From Tetramitus jugosus (taxonomy: Eukaryota > Protista > Heterolobosea): 64,000 nucleotides of DNA. Both the position numbers and the translations under genes were made by a program. Within the stretch, counting starts at the first letter, position 1, and every line of letters begins with the position of its first letter. The stretch covers positions 323,380 to 387,379 of the forward strand of contig OW569390.1 of assembly GCA_937625935.1 (NCBI GenBank). The letters run 5' to 3'. Below the pieces are notes generated by a model that did no database searches, was not told the origin of the DNA, and saw only the letters and a list, made by a program, of their open reading frames with translations. Shown piece by piece: positions 11,182 to 24,800 of the stretch.

Positions 11182-13101
11182 TCATGTTTCTTCCTCGTCG
11201 CTAAATTGAGATTCAGAAGTTGTTTGAATACTTGACTGTGATTCGTAGCTCTTGAGGCGATTATTGTGGGGAGAGTTGTTTGCTCCTTGTTGATAGTAAC
11301 AATTATCTCCATAATTGTATGCAACACTGATTTGATGTTTGGTGGGAGAGTATCGGAGCATGGATGGATAGCATGGAGTATGACTACTGTACGAACGTCT
11401 CGATTTGTTTGCCGTGTTAATAGAAGACGGTACACTCAACCGTTGGTTGTGAAGCACTCGATTCGATACGACATCGGAGTGTGATCCCTTGTGTGAGAGA
11501 TCGGTTGTCGATGATTCGTTCGAAGAGGAGCCAGTGATGAAAACTGGGTCACTAAACGTTTTCTTGACGTGCTCTTTTGTTTGTTGATTGAGGCGAGTGA
11601 CCATGGTGCTCTGTTGTTTGGTTGCAGTGTTGAGCAGATACACCAACAAACTCAAGGGTATAATCTCACCAAGGATATAGTAACTAACGATTGTGAACCA
11701 TCGTGTCTCAAGAGTCACTACAAACATTTGAACTGTTAGAACTGCTGCTCTGCTCAACAGACAGAGTGTGGAAATAGTGGTTACGATGACGGTGGTACGC
11801 ACGGTTCTGCGAACCAACTCTGACTGTGCCATACGGTTGTATCTCACAATCAATGCACTGCCATAGATGGCAATGCTGAGTGCAGTCAACATGAACAAGG
11901 CAGACAAATAAACAACACTAACGATTTCATATGTCGAGTAGTGGCGAAGTGATGGTTGATCATCATCAGACTCTCTTTTCTTTTGTTGCTCCTTTTGATC
12001 CACTGTCACAAACTATTGAACAATTATTAAACGATATGCGAGTTAGTACCACAACATGTTCCCTCACTGCTATTCGCAACAATACTTCAAAACAAAATAT
12101 TTCTTTCATAGCACACAACATACCTGATAAATCAACAAGCAATCACAAACGCACAATAGCAAGTACATGAGCAGATTGATGATTTTGAACAATAACTTCA
12201 ATTCTTCGTCATTCTTTCTCCTGTGAACAGTTTCTGCCCAGAAAAACACCAGCAGTAGCTCTATACTCATAAACACTGCGACTGGAAAAGTACTCACAAC
12301 AATCTCCATGCTCCTAAACTCTTGAAAATGCTGAACAAACGTTTGAAGCACAAACTGCACAAATCGGACGACACTGGCAAGCAAAATGAGCACCATAATC
12401 AACTTCATATCAGTGAAGGAACTCGAAGCTTCATAGCTCACATTTGCTGCTACGATTGGTTTCATCAAAACATGGTTATGAGAGCCATTATAATACGTTG
12501 TTCCATTGTTGTTGTTGTTATCCTTGTTAGAGCTACCATTGATCGATGCATGATCAATGTTTGGATAATTCTTCTTCTTCTTCTTACTTACAATATAGTG
12601 ATTATAGTTGTTATTGTTATTGGATAGATTTGTTATGATTGGTCTGCTTTCATTCATGTCATCATTCTCATCATTCTCTTCGAAAACACTTCCGGTATCA
12701 TTGCTCGTCTCCGTTTGTATCAAGCTCGTGCTCGAAGCTGTAGATGCCAGCGTCGTCCCTGTTCCATAAACGACTGGAGTTGCTGCGACAGCTGTAGTCG
12801 GCAAATTATGAAAATCGCTCGCTGCGGAATTGGCTCCATAAAAATAGGAAGAATCGTGGGAGTGGTTGTTGTTGTTGGGTGCACTTTGTCTAATCTCGTT
12901 CTGAGTAGTTTCACCATCATCTAGAGAAGATGATGCAGAGTAATACAAGGACAGTGGCGAGCTCAGGCCCATCGAAGAAAAACGCTTAAAAATAGTCCTT
13001 CCATACAAGTAGGCACGAACGAGCACAATTGTCGAGCATAAGCTCAACAACCCATATGTGATCATACAGGCCAGATACGCGAAAAACTTTTCTTGTATCA
13101 T
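11182..13101 (-). CDS. TOM1/THH1/GPR137-like multi-pass membrane protein; exons 13101-12124 and 12012-11182, start uncertain
   Basis: About 7 hydrophobic segments, 'LLLVFFWAE', 'YYILGEIIP', and an S-rich tail. Intron 12013-12123 (GTATGT...TACTAAC...TAG) restores the frame (Q|FVTVDQ). Confidence 0.65.
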
Positions 13102-13376
13102 ATGGAAAAAACGTTCGAATAAGATGTTCACTTGTGTTGTGTGATCTGCACAGTGTGACTTTGAATTTCTCGCCCAGAAAACTTGCTGTCTGTTTTTGAG
13201 TCGTCGCGATTTTTCGAAGCCAAGTCCAGAAATAGCTGCTGGAATTCCTGCTCTGTGAACTTGACATCACAACATTGAAACGCTTTGATGACGACCGTAA
13301 AGGTACAAGATTCCGAGCCCAGTGTAAAGTCAGTTTTGGATGCTGAAGTCATCGAATTTTATTACACCAGCAAATC

Positions 13377-16300
13377 TTAGTTTCTTCTGGAAATTTCATT
13401 CAATTGCACGGTAATATCTTCAAATGATGGTCTGTTCGTTTGATCTGAATCCCAGCACCGTGTGACAACAGAGTAAAACTGCTGAACGACTCGAGGGATG
13501 TCAGTTGCTGTAATATTCGATGTTGAGTTGCTCTTAGCAAAGTGGTCAATCAGTGTTTGTGGGTCATTCGTTAAACTCTCGTTGTTGGTGCATGTATCAA
13601 ATGGGACTGAAGGTCTCAATCCTCTCACAATGTCCATTCCAAGAGTAAATATTGATTCGTTTGCGTGTTGTGAGTATGGATTAGCCAATATAAACATTTC
13701 ATGCATGATGATGCCAAAGCTGTAAACATCACACTTTTCATCATATTCCTGATGCGTCAACAGTTCTGGGGCACAATATTCTAAATAAATCAATTGTGTG
13801 AGTCATTGTTATGGTTGGCAACAATCTTGAAACATTTCAACTTACCAATTGTTCCATACGATCGTCCCAATGTGAAAGAAGAGTTGGTGATCTTGCTCAA
13901 ACCAAAATCACAAATGCTAATATGATAATTGTCACCTAACAAGATATTTTGCGGTTTCAAATCTCTGTGAACAATTCGAGGACTTCTGTCATGGAGATAT
14001 GCCATTGTATCTGCAATCTGAATTAAGATGCTCATCTTTTGATCAAAGTCTCTCAGTGATTTCTTTCCATTGTATAGCAATTTGTCCAAACTTCCATTCT
14101 TTGCGTATTCAGTAATCAAAAATTTGTCTCCACTGTCATTTGAAGAGTACCCGTACAAGTAGAGAATATTAGGATGGCGCAGACTTTGAAGAATTGAAAC
14201 TTCCTTGATGAAAGAGTCATCATCTGCGACTTTCATCTTTTTCACAGCCACCAAGTTGCTCCTCCATTCTCCTTTGAATACAACTCCAAAAGCTCCTTCA
14301 GAAATACGACTGAGCAACTTGATTTCCTTCATATCAATATAAAAATCTCCTCCGTCAATGTTGTTATCAACTTCAAGTTCGTTCATTTCCTCTAATAGAC
14401 ATGCTTTGAGTTCTGATTTCATTCTACTTTCTCTCCTTTTTCTTACAATAAGTAATCCTGTGACTATGATTGTTGGAGTGAGAGTAATACACAGTATCAA
14501 TCCTATAATACCGAACACAAAGATCAAGTTTATGGAGCATGTATCACCTCGATATCCAAAATTACAAACACATGTGTTTGGTTTAGTACATTCTCCATGT
14601 GATGAACAAACCTTGTTATTGATGCTTGCTACTCCGTTGCAAACCGGATAAGAGCAACTACGTCCACTGTAACCTTCAATACATTCGCACTGATCAACGT
14701 CCGCACATCTGCCATTACCTGAACAAACAGTACTTTCATTGTATGTCGCGTTAAAACAATTGAAACGTTCGCAGTCTTGACCATAGTACCCTGTCTCGCA
14801 GGTTACTTCAAGAAAACCGATTGAATTCGCACCAATAAACAAACTTGTTATACTGTGCATGTAGTCGATGTTGTTCATATTGACCCATGTCGAATAGTTC
14901 TGTATATGATTCCAATACGCTAACTTTGTATCATCTGTCAGAGCAAGTATCGAATCATCATTGCTTTCGAATTGAGACACCTTCTTTCCATTCAAAAAAC
15001 CATTCATCGTCAAAAGAACTGGTCCATTCAAAGGTCTTGGAGCGCCAAAATCAGTTAAACCCCATGAGTATAACTGACCATCATTTGCTAATACAGTTGT
15101 GTGTTTTTTGCCTGCTGTAATATGAACTATCGTCTTGTCTTTCAACAAATCACTGTTGTTTTCGACAACAACTGGAACTGTGGTAGTTGTTAGTTCGTTG
15201 CCTTCAAGTAAACCACATCGATTAGCACCCCAAGTGTATAGTTGTCCATCACTCGTCAATGCAACTGTGTGTCCATTTCCGACGGCAACTTGAACAATGT
15301 TCTTTCCTTTCAAAGCTCCACTCATATCAATAGCAACTGCCATTGTTCTATATTGATATGTCCCATCACCTAATTGGCCATAAAAGTTGGTGCCCCAAGA
15401 GTACAATGTGTTATCGTTTGCAATGGCAACAACGTGGGACGACGACCTTGCTGCCACCCTCGTAATGGTCTTACCCTTCAAAACACCATTCATAACAACA
15501 GGGACAGGCGATTTTTGATCCTGAGTACTGCCAATACCTAGTTGGCCAAAAGTGTTGTAGCCCCATGAATACAACATTCCGTCATTAGTTTGTGCAATGG
15601 TAAACCTGTCACCCAAAGTGCATTGCGAAATGAATCCCTTGAATGCTCCACTATCAACCATCACGGGAAATAACTTGTCAATCGTGGTTCCATCACCAAC
15701 ATCCCCATTCCCATTTGCACCCCAAGCAGCAACAGTACCATCCTTTGTAGTAGCAACAAAAGTTTTCAATTCTGATCTTGCTGAGATGTGAGTGATCACC
15801 TTGCCGTCCAACCCACCATTGATACCAACACCAACAGGAGTTACGTTGTTTTCGGTTGACCCAATTCCCAACTGACCGAAAGCGTTATTACCCCACGCAT
15901 AGCTCTTCCCTTTGTTTGTCAATATCATTGAGTGAGCTTTACCTGCTGCTATTTGAGTAATATATGAATCATTGGAGAGTGTGTGACTGATATTGATTGC
16001 ACTTGGACGATACTGATTCTGCAATGTACCACTACCTAATTGACCTTCATCATTCCTACCCCAACCATATAGCATTCCATCACTTGTCAAAGCTAACGTG
16101 TGAAAATCTCCACATGCGATTTGAGTCACCTTTTTGCCAGACAAGCCTCCATTCACAGCAACAGGTGCATTACGATAATCACGAGTCCCGTCACCAACTT
16201 GACCATGATTATTCCTACCCCATGCATACACCTTGAAATCATTCGCAAGTACCACCAAGTGGCTCTCCCCGATGGAGATATGTGTAATAATCTTGTCGTG

Positions 16301-17089
16301 CCCCACACCACTCATGTCAACAGGCACTGGAAGTGTTGGTTGGAAATCACTCATGAGGTTCCATTGATACAATGTACCAGAACTTGTTAGGGCCACTGAA
16401 AGAGCAGAACCAACGCCAATACGGGTGACTAATGAACCGCTGAATACATTCATATCTAACGCGATCGGTATTGTATTATACTCCTCATTGCCTCTAAACC
16501 CCCATTGAAACAATTGTCCATCATCAGTTAAAATGAGAGAATGAGAGCGACCTGCTGCTATTTGAATCACACTGCTGTTGGCGTTTAACATTCTTAAGTC
16601 AACTGTTACAGGAGACAATCGATCGGTTGTTGTTCCATCTCCCAATTGACCATTCAGATTTTCTCCCCAAGAGTATAATTTACTATTGTTTCTCAACAAG
16701 AGAACATGATTTTCACCACAAGCCAATTGTGAAAGAGAAGAGCCATAATATCCTTGGACAGATGGGGCGAATCTATTGATGAGTGTACCATCGCCTAGAT
16801 GACCATGCCCATTGAGTCCCCAAGAGTAGAGAGTGCCTTCTGAATCGATGGCCATCGAGGAATCCCTTCTGGCAAATATTCGAGTCAAATTCGTCCTATC
16901 AAAGAATGAACTTCGCAAGAGATTGTTCATGGGCATGACACTTGTTGCCTCTGAAGAATCCGCTCGCATTGATTGAGACATATAAATCATAGAGGATGCG
17001 ATTCCTCGTCCTTGAGCACTAATTGTTGCATATGCGAAAAGTACCAAAATGAGTAGACCAATGACTAACCGGACTGGAGGACGCATCAT
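13377..17089 (-). CDS. Receptor-type TKL kinase: signal peptide, ~13-14 RCC1 repeats, EGF repeats, TM helix, kinase domain; intron 13781-13845
   Basis: Repeated 'YSWGxNxxGQLGDGT', Cys-spaced EGF modules, TM 'LIFVFGIIGLILCITL', and kinase motifs 'SEGAFGVV', 'VAVK', 'HRDLKPQN', 'DFG'. Splicing gives 'GTIEYCAPE' followed by 'DVYSFG' and 'CW...RPSF'. MMRPPVRL (17089) is taken as the start. Confidence 0.93.
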
Positions 17090-17355
17090 TTGGTGGTTTT
17101 GTGGAATAAAAAAGTTTCGATTATGGAAGGTTTCGGGAACAAGAAAAAGGGGACAAGGTAAATTAGCGGTGCAATTACAAGGATCTTCTGAACTGGCAAA
17201 CTCATCTTGGGTCTTTGTCATGGAGTTTTAAATTGGATGAAATCATGTTCGACTAAAAACAAGTTGAAGAATGTTCTTGACCAAAAGAATTTATGATTCT
17301 TGTTATTGAATTGCAGCCAATGCATTTTCTCATCTGACCCTCGATAGGAGTCGTT

Positions 17356-17637
17356 GTGGGCAGATCAAACATTTCTCATTGGATTGGCGTACACTTGAAT
17401 CCTGCAAACTGGAAGCACCCTTACACATTCGATCCAGATCGATTCAATGATAGATACGATCCACTATCGTACCTTCCGTGCCTTGGTCTCCAATTTTCTC
17501 TTGTTGAAACACTGGCCATTGCTGTCAGACTGCTGCAAAATTATCGATTGGAACTCGAACAAGTAAAAGATGCCAAGACACAATATATCCCAAAGAACAA
17601 CCAATGGTCACTGTCAAGATTGTCAAGGAGAATCTAG
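17356..17637 (+). pseudogene. Cytochrome P450 C-terminal relic
   Basis: 'VHLNPANWKHPYTFDPDRF' (PERF region) and 'YLP|CLGLQFSLVE', where the FxxGxRx part of the heme motif is missing. There is no ATG and no N-terminal portion. Confidence 0.75.
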
Positions 17638-17861
17638 TCTTGAAGAAGAGACAAGAAAGAACCAACATGAAAATCTAACAACAATCTAATACAAATCTTC
17701 GATCCACCACCCTGGAAACCAGAACAAGAATGGTTTCCAGTCCACTACATGACAACTTGTTGTATTTTGGCAAGAACAGAAGTAGAAAAATATTCTCCGC
17801 CTGATTATTGTTGCAACAATCCACAAACAAAAAAACATCATCGGAACAATATAAGAACATT

Positions 17862-19901
17862 ATGAAAAAGAAACAATTTATCGCAGCGTTCGGTTCCTCT
17901 GTCATTTACACTGATGAAAAAAATGCACCTGATTTCATGATGCTCCTCGCTTCTCAAGACGCTCTCTTTTACGAGTTTGACACGTGGTGCAGGCACGTCT
18001 GCAGTGAATTCAATTCAAAGCAATTGGTCATGCATCGCATTGGTAACCTTTCCTATATTGTCATCATCTCAAATGGTCCTAGCAAGATGAGAATTGATCA
18101 ACAGCAGGAACAACATCATGGTGAGGATGGTTTTTTTGATGAGGAAGTGGATCATAACAATAAGCACAACCATCATGATGGCCAGTGTGATAGCACACAG
18201 AACAATGAAGGTGAAGCAGAAGATGAACTCTCCGACGACGGAGCGGAGAATTTATTGGCGGGAAATGATGAAGAATCGGAGAATCTTCATGGGTGTATGG
18301 AACCGGTGGAGAGTATTGAAACGGAGGCAGCTCTATTTCGTCAATTGTGTCTGTTGCATGATTTGGTGTGTTTCCGTATTCCGATCCAACCCAATCAAAC
18401 AACCTATCAAATGAACTTTAGCACAGTAGAAGCCAATCGATTGTTGCATCCATTGGTGGACACAATGAGGCGCATGAGCTACACGCATCAAAGTATTTTG
18501 GTGCAAGGTATAGAGTATGTTGAGTTGGGATCGTTTTTGAGAGATGAGGTCACGGAATCTGTCCAAAAAATTATTCGACCTCATGGCAGAGTGCTGCACG
18601 CAGTTCTCTTTGTGGGAACAAAGTTAGCCTCAGTGTGTTCAAGATCGCGCTCCTGGGTTCTTTCGCCTAGAGATTTGCTGTGCTTGTTGATCTATACGGA
18701 GAGCTTGTATCATGTGAGTAAAGCAGAGGAAGCTCAGAATCAACAACAGGATCAGCAACAACGGCAACAGCAACAAGCAGAAGAGCAAGAACAACAACAA
18801 CAACAAGAAACTGGACATCACGAACAAGAACAGCAAGAAAAGACACCAGAGGAGCATCAAAACCATGATGGAAACAATCACTTTGATCCATTGTTTGGTT
18901 CCTCTGCTGACTTGTCATCTCCTGGTACTTCTCCCACGGAATCACTTGCTGACTCCTTCCACAGCATGAGAAGCAATCAACAATCGAATCCTATGGCAGA
19001 TCCAGATGAAAAAGGCAAGGAATATGAAGAAGCTGAGTATGCAGGAGAACCTCATGCATCAAAGCAATCTGGTACTAGACCAGACTCTGTATTCGATAAC
19101 ATTTTCCTTCGATTGCCAAAGGTTGGATTGGTGAGGTGTGGTGTGTACTCCAAGCATGACAAGAAGAACAACATAACGTTGTTGTTGATCTATGATCCTA
19201 AGATCGAGAAGAGTACTGCACCTGAACCAGCTTCCAACAACAATGAGCAACAGCAACAACAACAACCACCCGTTGTGGAAGCATACAAGCAAGATTTGAC
19301 GCACTTGCAACAACTCATATTTTGCGAGCTGGTCAATTTTTCTTCCTTCTTGCGTGTGAAGGCTCACGCTCACATCACCATGATGCACTATCTGCATTAT
19401 TGCCCTGGTATTGTACATTTTGTATTTGTGGATCGTATACGGAACAGAGTGATTGCTCCTCGTATTGTACCCCTGTTTAACAATAATAGTGAGAGACGGA
19501 ACAATACGAATACAGACACGGATATTGGCGATTCGAAGCGACTTCTCGAGCACGTATCCGTTCACTTCTTAAGACGAAAGGTTTGGGAGATGTGTCAGTT
19601 GGCACAGCAGCATCGTGACCTCGGCTACACAGAAATTGGTATCGGTGGGCCCGGAATTCAATATTGGTTCAAGGAATGGATCGAAGACGAACATGGAAAC
19701 GAACTTAAATTTACGGAGAAAAGTATTATGAGTGAAGTGGATGGCTTTGCTCATGCACGAGCCCACTATGAATTGTACACAATGTATTTGCCATTTGTCT
19801 CAACGCAGGCAATTGCGCACTACAACCGGATTCTCACTCATGTACTCCTTGATAGATCCCTCGACAAGTTGTCAGGTAAGTCTGGCTCATTCTCTGCATA
19901 G
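17862..19901 (+). CDS. HPS1: HPS1-like BLOC-3 subunit (longin Rab GEF)
   Basis: 'HAVLFVGTKLASVCSRSRSWVLSPRDL' and 'PGIVHFVFVDR..NRVIAP' match recalled HPS1 blocks. Q/E-rich inserts are present. Confidence 0.78.
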   Translation: MKKKQFIAAFGSSVIYTDEKNAPDFMMLLASQDALFYEFDTWCRHVCSEFNSKQLVMHRIGNLSYIVIISNGPSKMRIDQQQEQHHGEDGFFDEEVDHNNKHNHHDGQCDSTQNNEGEAEDELSDDGAENLLAGNDEESENLHGCMEPVESIETEAALFRQLCLLHDLVCFRIPIQPNQTTYQMNFSTVEANRLLHPLVDTMRRMSYTHQSILVQGIEYVELGSFLRDEVTESVQKIIRPHGRVLHAVLFVGTKLASVCSRSRSWVLSPRDLLCLLIYTESLYHVSKAEEAQNQQQDQQQRQQQQAEEQEQQQQQETGHHEQEQQEKTPEEHQNHDGNNHFDPLFGSSADLSSPGTSPTESLADSFHSMRSNQQSNPMADPDEKGKEYEEAEYAGEPHASKQSGTRPDSVFDNIFLRLPKVGLVRCGVYSKHDKKNNITLLLIYDPKIEKSTAPEPASNNNEQQQQQQPPVVEAYKQDLTHLQQLIFCELVNFSSFLRVKAHAHITMMHYLHYCPGIVHFVFVDRIRNRVIAPRIVPLFNNNSERRNNTNTDTDIGDSKRLLEHVSVHFLRRKVWEMCQLAQQHRDLGYTEIGIGGPGIQYWFKEWIEDEHGNELKFTEKSIMSEVDGFAHARAHYELYTMYLPFVSTQAIAHYNRILTHVLLDRSLDKLSGKSGSFSA

Positions 19902-19960
19902 TAGAACAAAAGGATACAAACATGTCAGCAATAAGTATAAGCAAAAAGAGAGAATATTTA

Positions 19961-21333
19961 TTATTCGTTAATACTGTTCCAAGAACTTCGGCCTACGTAC
20001 AAATTTTTAGTTTGATCATGCTCATCATGTTCAATGTACAATTCATCATTCTGGTCTTCTGTCTTTCCTTCAGTCTTCAAAATTAACTTGAAGAACAAGA
20101 ATTGCATCAAGATGGAAAAATCCATGACTAACACTCCAGCAGAACCAATAATCCATGGCAACTATGTTCATCATAAAAATATGAGGCTATTATAAATTGA
20201 ATCATATACAAATACAACACAAAACACACTTACCTTGCCTAGAATAAAGTTCTTTCTAGTGGAGAACAAAAAGATGGACAGAGAATAGGTAAGGTTACCC
20301 AAAAAAGCACACAAGAAGAGCATCAAGCTCAAACCTTCAGTGGATCTTCTCTGGAAGTTCTTAATAATTTGAGGCACTCGAGAACCAAGGTACATGGTCG
20401 TACTGAAGCAACCAATGATATAACCAATTTTATCCATTGGTCCCTTCAATGGCCAACCATCATCATAACCTGGGTCATTGTCATCACCACGGAAGATGAT
20501 ATGATGGTCATCCTCTGATGATAAAACATCAAATTGACTATCAGCTGTCGTAGACAACAGCTTTCTGCCAGTTCCTATCGATCGGTGCAACACTGGAGAT
20601 GATGACACTGAGGTCGAAGAAGAAGCATACGAGCTACATACAAGAGCAAACATGATCAAAATGACCACTGTCCACAGTGCACTTCTCAACAATGATTTCC
20701 CTTCATGATCTTCCTGTTGTTCTTGGACTTGTTGTTGCTTTCTTGCTCTCATTCGATCACGAGTCGTGTAAAAGATCCATTGAGTCACCAGAATGGTATC
20801 CATGCAAATATAGTAAACAGCAGTTACAATTTGACTGAGAAAGCGCACCCAAAAAATTCATGTTAGCTTTTCGTAGTTTCTCACCAGGCGCGCAACACTG
20901 GTCAACCGCCGGACAAATTTACAACTATCACACAATGTCAAATGAAGAAATTACATACGTTGTCAATTGGCCTGTCAGCACAGCGCCCACCAAATTAAAA
21001 GAGTCACCCAGGACCCACTGAACTAAAAATGCCAAATGCAATGATTTTGCACTGCCTTGTCGGAAATTGGCATATATTTGAGGAAAGTTCTATATTCACA
21101 CACATGTGAAGATATCATCATCCCATGCTGTTAGCTTTGATGCAACCTGCTGAGACAACAAAAAGCAACAAGTGATGAAAAAAACATACAGCAAATAACC
21201 AAAAAACAATGCTGCTAATACCAATCCAAAAACTAGCTTGTTCCATTGGTGAGTGAACACACTCGCCAAACACATGGTCCATCCAATCAATACGGCGGTA
21301 ACCGTGATTGTCATACAGTGTACAATTCGTCAT
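19961..21333 (-). CDS. PQ-loop lysosomal cationic amino-acid transporter (PQLC2/Ypq-like); exons 21333-21190, 21089-20959, 20834-20234, 20161-19961
   Basis: Two PQ motifs ('NFPQIYANF', 'SRVPQIIKNF'), plus 'WVLGDSFNLVG', 'GNLTY' and 'LPWIIGSAG'. Three GT-AG introns keep the frame. Confidence 0.9.
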
Positions 21334-21857
21334 ATCTTATTTTACTATTTCTATCTCTAGAGAAAAATTGTTATTCTTGCGTTGTTGTTTTTGATTTGTT
21401 GAGATATTAAAAGCTCAAATGCACAGGAGAAAAAAATGGATTTTTATGGCGTGTTCAAATGGCACCTTGTTTTTTCACACAGAGAGAGCTTCCAAGACAA
21501 CACGTGAAATTTTCGATGGTTTTGTGCCAGATTGGAAACTATTCATCTGATAGTTTGCATTCCATGCACAATGTCTGGGAGGCTTATACCCTGAAGGCCG
21601 CAGCAACCGTGCGGGATCCCATCGTGTTCACTATTCACTTTTCACGTTTGACCACAACAGCTCAAATAGCGGGCACTTATCACCAATGCCTTCAGATTTT
21701 CCGGCAGTCTGCAGTTCCGACTGAAAAAGTATCTTCTGATCTCCATCTGTGGCCACTACTTGACTAAATGTGTTTTTCAACTTGAAAAACATTAGGTAGA
21801 TAACTCTGGAGTGTGGAACAATACATGAAAACAGTTGAGCCAATTCATTGATAATAT

Positions 21858-24800
21858 CTAGAAGGTGTATTTTAGATTGGGTTCTAAGAAATCTCTAATA
21901 ATCTCCTTTGCCTTCTCTGCGATAATCTTGTTTCTGTGGTGCTGTAGCTTCTTGATAGCACTGACTCCCTTTGCCTCCATTAAATGATCAATATATATAT
22001 TTCTCTTCACTGGAACGTTGGAACTTGCACTGTCCAAGTTCAGCACTAAGCTGTTATTTGACTCATCCCCGGAAATGCTTGTGTCTGTTGATTGAGATGA
22101 TGATGACAATGGTGACATGTTTGTGTCGCTGCTCTCCAAACTGTTGTTGCTACTGTTGTCCAATGAACATTGATGGAGGTGATCATGTTCGTTCAAATTT
22201 CGCACTGTTCTACACGATCTACCTTCTTCACCAGCATGAAGAATGTTGCTGATTCCCTCAAGTGCAACACTCACGATGCTATTGTCCTTCTTCTTCAATA
22301 GAGAGCAGAAGGACTTGAGGCATCCCTTCTCTACGAGGCACTGAATTTGTTCAGCATTTCCACCACTTGTGACATTACTAATGGCCCATGCAGCTTCCTT
22401 CTTCACATCAGCATCCTTTGAGCTTCGTAAAATGTTGTTCAGACGGGGGATCAATTTGGTCTCAATAACTGCAGTAATTTGCGTCTCAGAACCTGCAGTA
22501 ATGTTTGAAATTGTGAAGCAAGCTTCTCTTCTGATAGACTTATTCTTATGCTTCAACAACTTGCTGAGTGATACCAGTGCTCCACTGTCAACAACTGTTT
22601 GTGTCTGATCCTCATTGCCAGTCACAATGTTGCCGATAGCTCTCAAGGCAGGTGTTTGCACAGATAATTTATTGTGCCTGATAAAGAGATCGATCATGAG
22701 TATTTTGATACAACAACACAAAAAATGATTCACAAACACACCACAACATACATTAACAAGTCAGTCAGGCGCTTCACCAGTCCAGGGCGTGCATTGACTA
22801 CTGCTCCAATCCTCTCATCTGGACCATCACACAAATATGATATGGCCCAACAAACATGCGCCAAAATCTCCTCATCTCCAATATAGATGAATAATGCGAG
22901 TGTTGGGAGTGCTGGCTTAATTAAATTGAAATCAGGAGTGGGCTTTCCTCCACAAAGATTGCTCAAGGTCCAAATTGCCTTTTCTAGCACACCTCGCTAT
23001 CATAAGAACATCAAACAGTACATTAGTAAATATATGTTTTCTCTTTTCCGTGTCTACTCGTTGTTCGCACACACAAAAAAATTACATTGAAAATTGCTTG
23101 GGCGCTTTTGTTGTAATCAAATAATCATACCTTTGAATTATAGGTGATCGTATTAATCAAATAAGTCAAAGCACCACTCTGCAATACTAGATCCCTATGT
23201 CTCGTATTATCACCCGCAATGTTACCCAGTGCATGAATGCTCTGCTCCAACACATCATCACTCTTTGTAGACTTTAGCAAATCAATGAATATTGGTATAG
23301 CACCATGCTTCACCACTTCTTCCGTGTGTGAACTGGTTCCACTTGCAATATTCGTCAAGGCCCATGCGGCTTCAAACTGATGAGTCGGTACATCGTGTCT
23401 CTGCAGGAAATTGATGAGCGCAGGCACCACTCCTACCAGGATCACTTGATCAATGGTTTCACTTTGATTCTTGTCCTGTGAAAGCAATTTTCTGAATGCG
23501 ATCAGTGCCTTTAACTGATATTTACTGTTCGAAGAGCTCAACTGCTTCATAAATTGCTTCAACTCCTTTTCAATATCTTTAAAACTTCTTGCTGCTTGAT
23601 TCGTGTTGGATATTGACATTAGCGAAGGCGAATTGTTCATAATTGCCTGAGTTTTTGCAGGATTAGACAGCATACCTGATGAAATGAATACTGACGAGCC
23701 AGAATAGGCACCGTTATAATTGCCATTGTTGTTGTGACTACTACTACTAGTGTTATGGTGGTTGATTTGAATACTGTGATGAGTAGAAGTGGTGTTCAAT
23801 GGCTTTGCAACAGTAACTGTAATGTTGCTTCCATTGTTCATACTATTGGCAATATTGCTATTGACCAACTCTTGAATAAACTCATCTTCCTCCTTCTCCT
23901 TCTTTGCATGATCCAATGATGATTTTTTTGATTTTTCCTTTTTTGATTTTTGCTTCTTCTTATTCTTGGACGATTGTTTGGGTTGCGATTGTTGTTGTTG
24001 CACACTCTTCAACAGCGCAATTTGCTTCTTGGTCGCAATGGTATGAAGAATGGCACCACCATTGTTTCTCAATGCTGTCAGCCCAACACTTTTCAGAGCA
24101 GTAGGGTGTTTTGAAAGAACTCTTGTTTTGCCTTGGCTGCTGCTATTATTATTATTATTATTACTATTGCTATTATTATTATTCGTATGATTGCCACTAT
24201 TGTTGTTGTTACTATTATTATTGTTATTGTTGGTGTTATTACTATTGACTTGATTCGTAGACAACAATGGTTGTTGCATATTCTTGTGCTGCTGTTGTTG
24301 TTTTTTCGTTTGATGAACAACAATAATGTCCTGTTGACCTTCTTCATCATATTCATCAGAGTCTTCATCTTCATCTTCGTCAGAGTCTTCATCATCATCA
24401 TCATCTTCTTCTTCATAACTACTATTGTCGTCTGATGATGCATCTTCATCATCATCTTCTTCCTCTTCATCATCTTCCTCTTCTTCATCATAGTGGTCAC
24501 CATCATCATCATCATCATTATTTTCTTCAATTTCATATCTCACACTCTTATCTGTGCCATTGCTCTCATCACTGCGTGGCTGATAATGATCGCTCATTGT
24601 TTCTTGCACTGATAATGTAGTGTCATGTTCTTGAACAACAATATGCTCAGTTTGTTGTTGTTGATGTTGTTGTGATGAATCATAGTGATAATAGGGATCA
24701 CTATGATGATGGTGATGGACACGATGATGATGATGAATATGATGATGATTCACCATTGATTGATAAGAGTGATCAATCAACGGCGCAAATGATGATAAGG

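Noticed and set aside
13128-13352. 74-aa ORF as an upstream exon of the 7TM gene
   Set aside because: It is possible, but no convincing donor/acceptor pair was found, so it is left unassigned.
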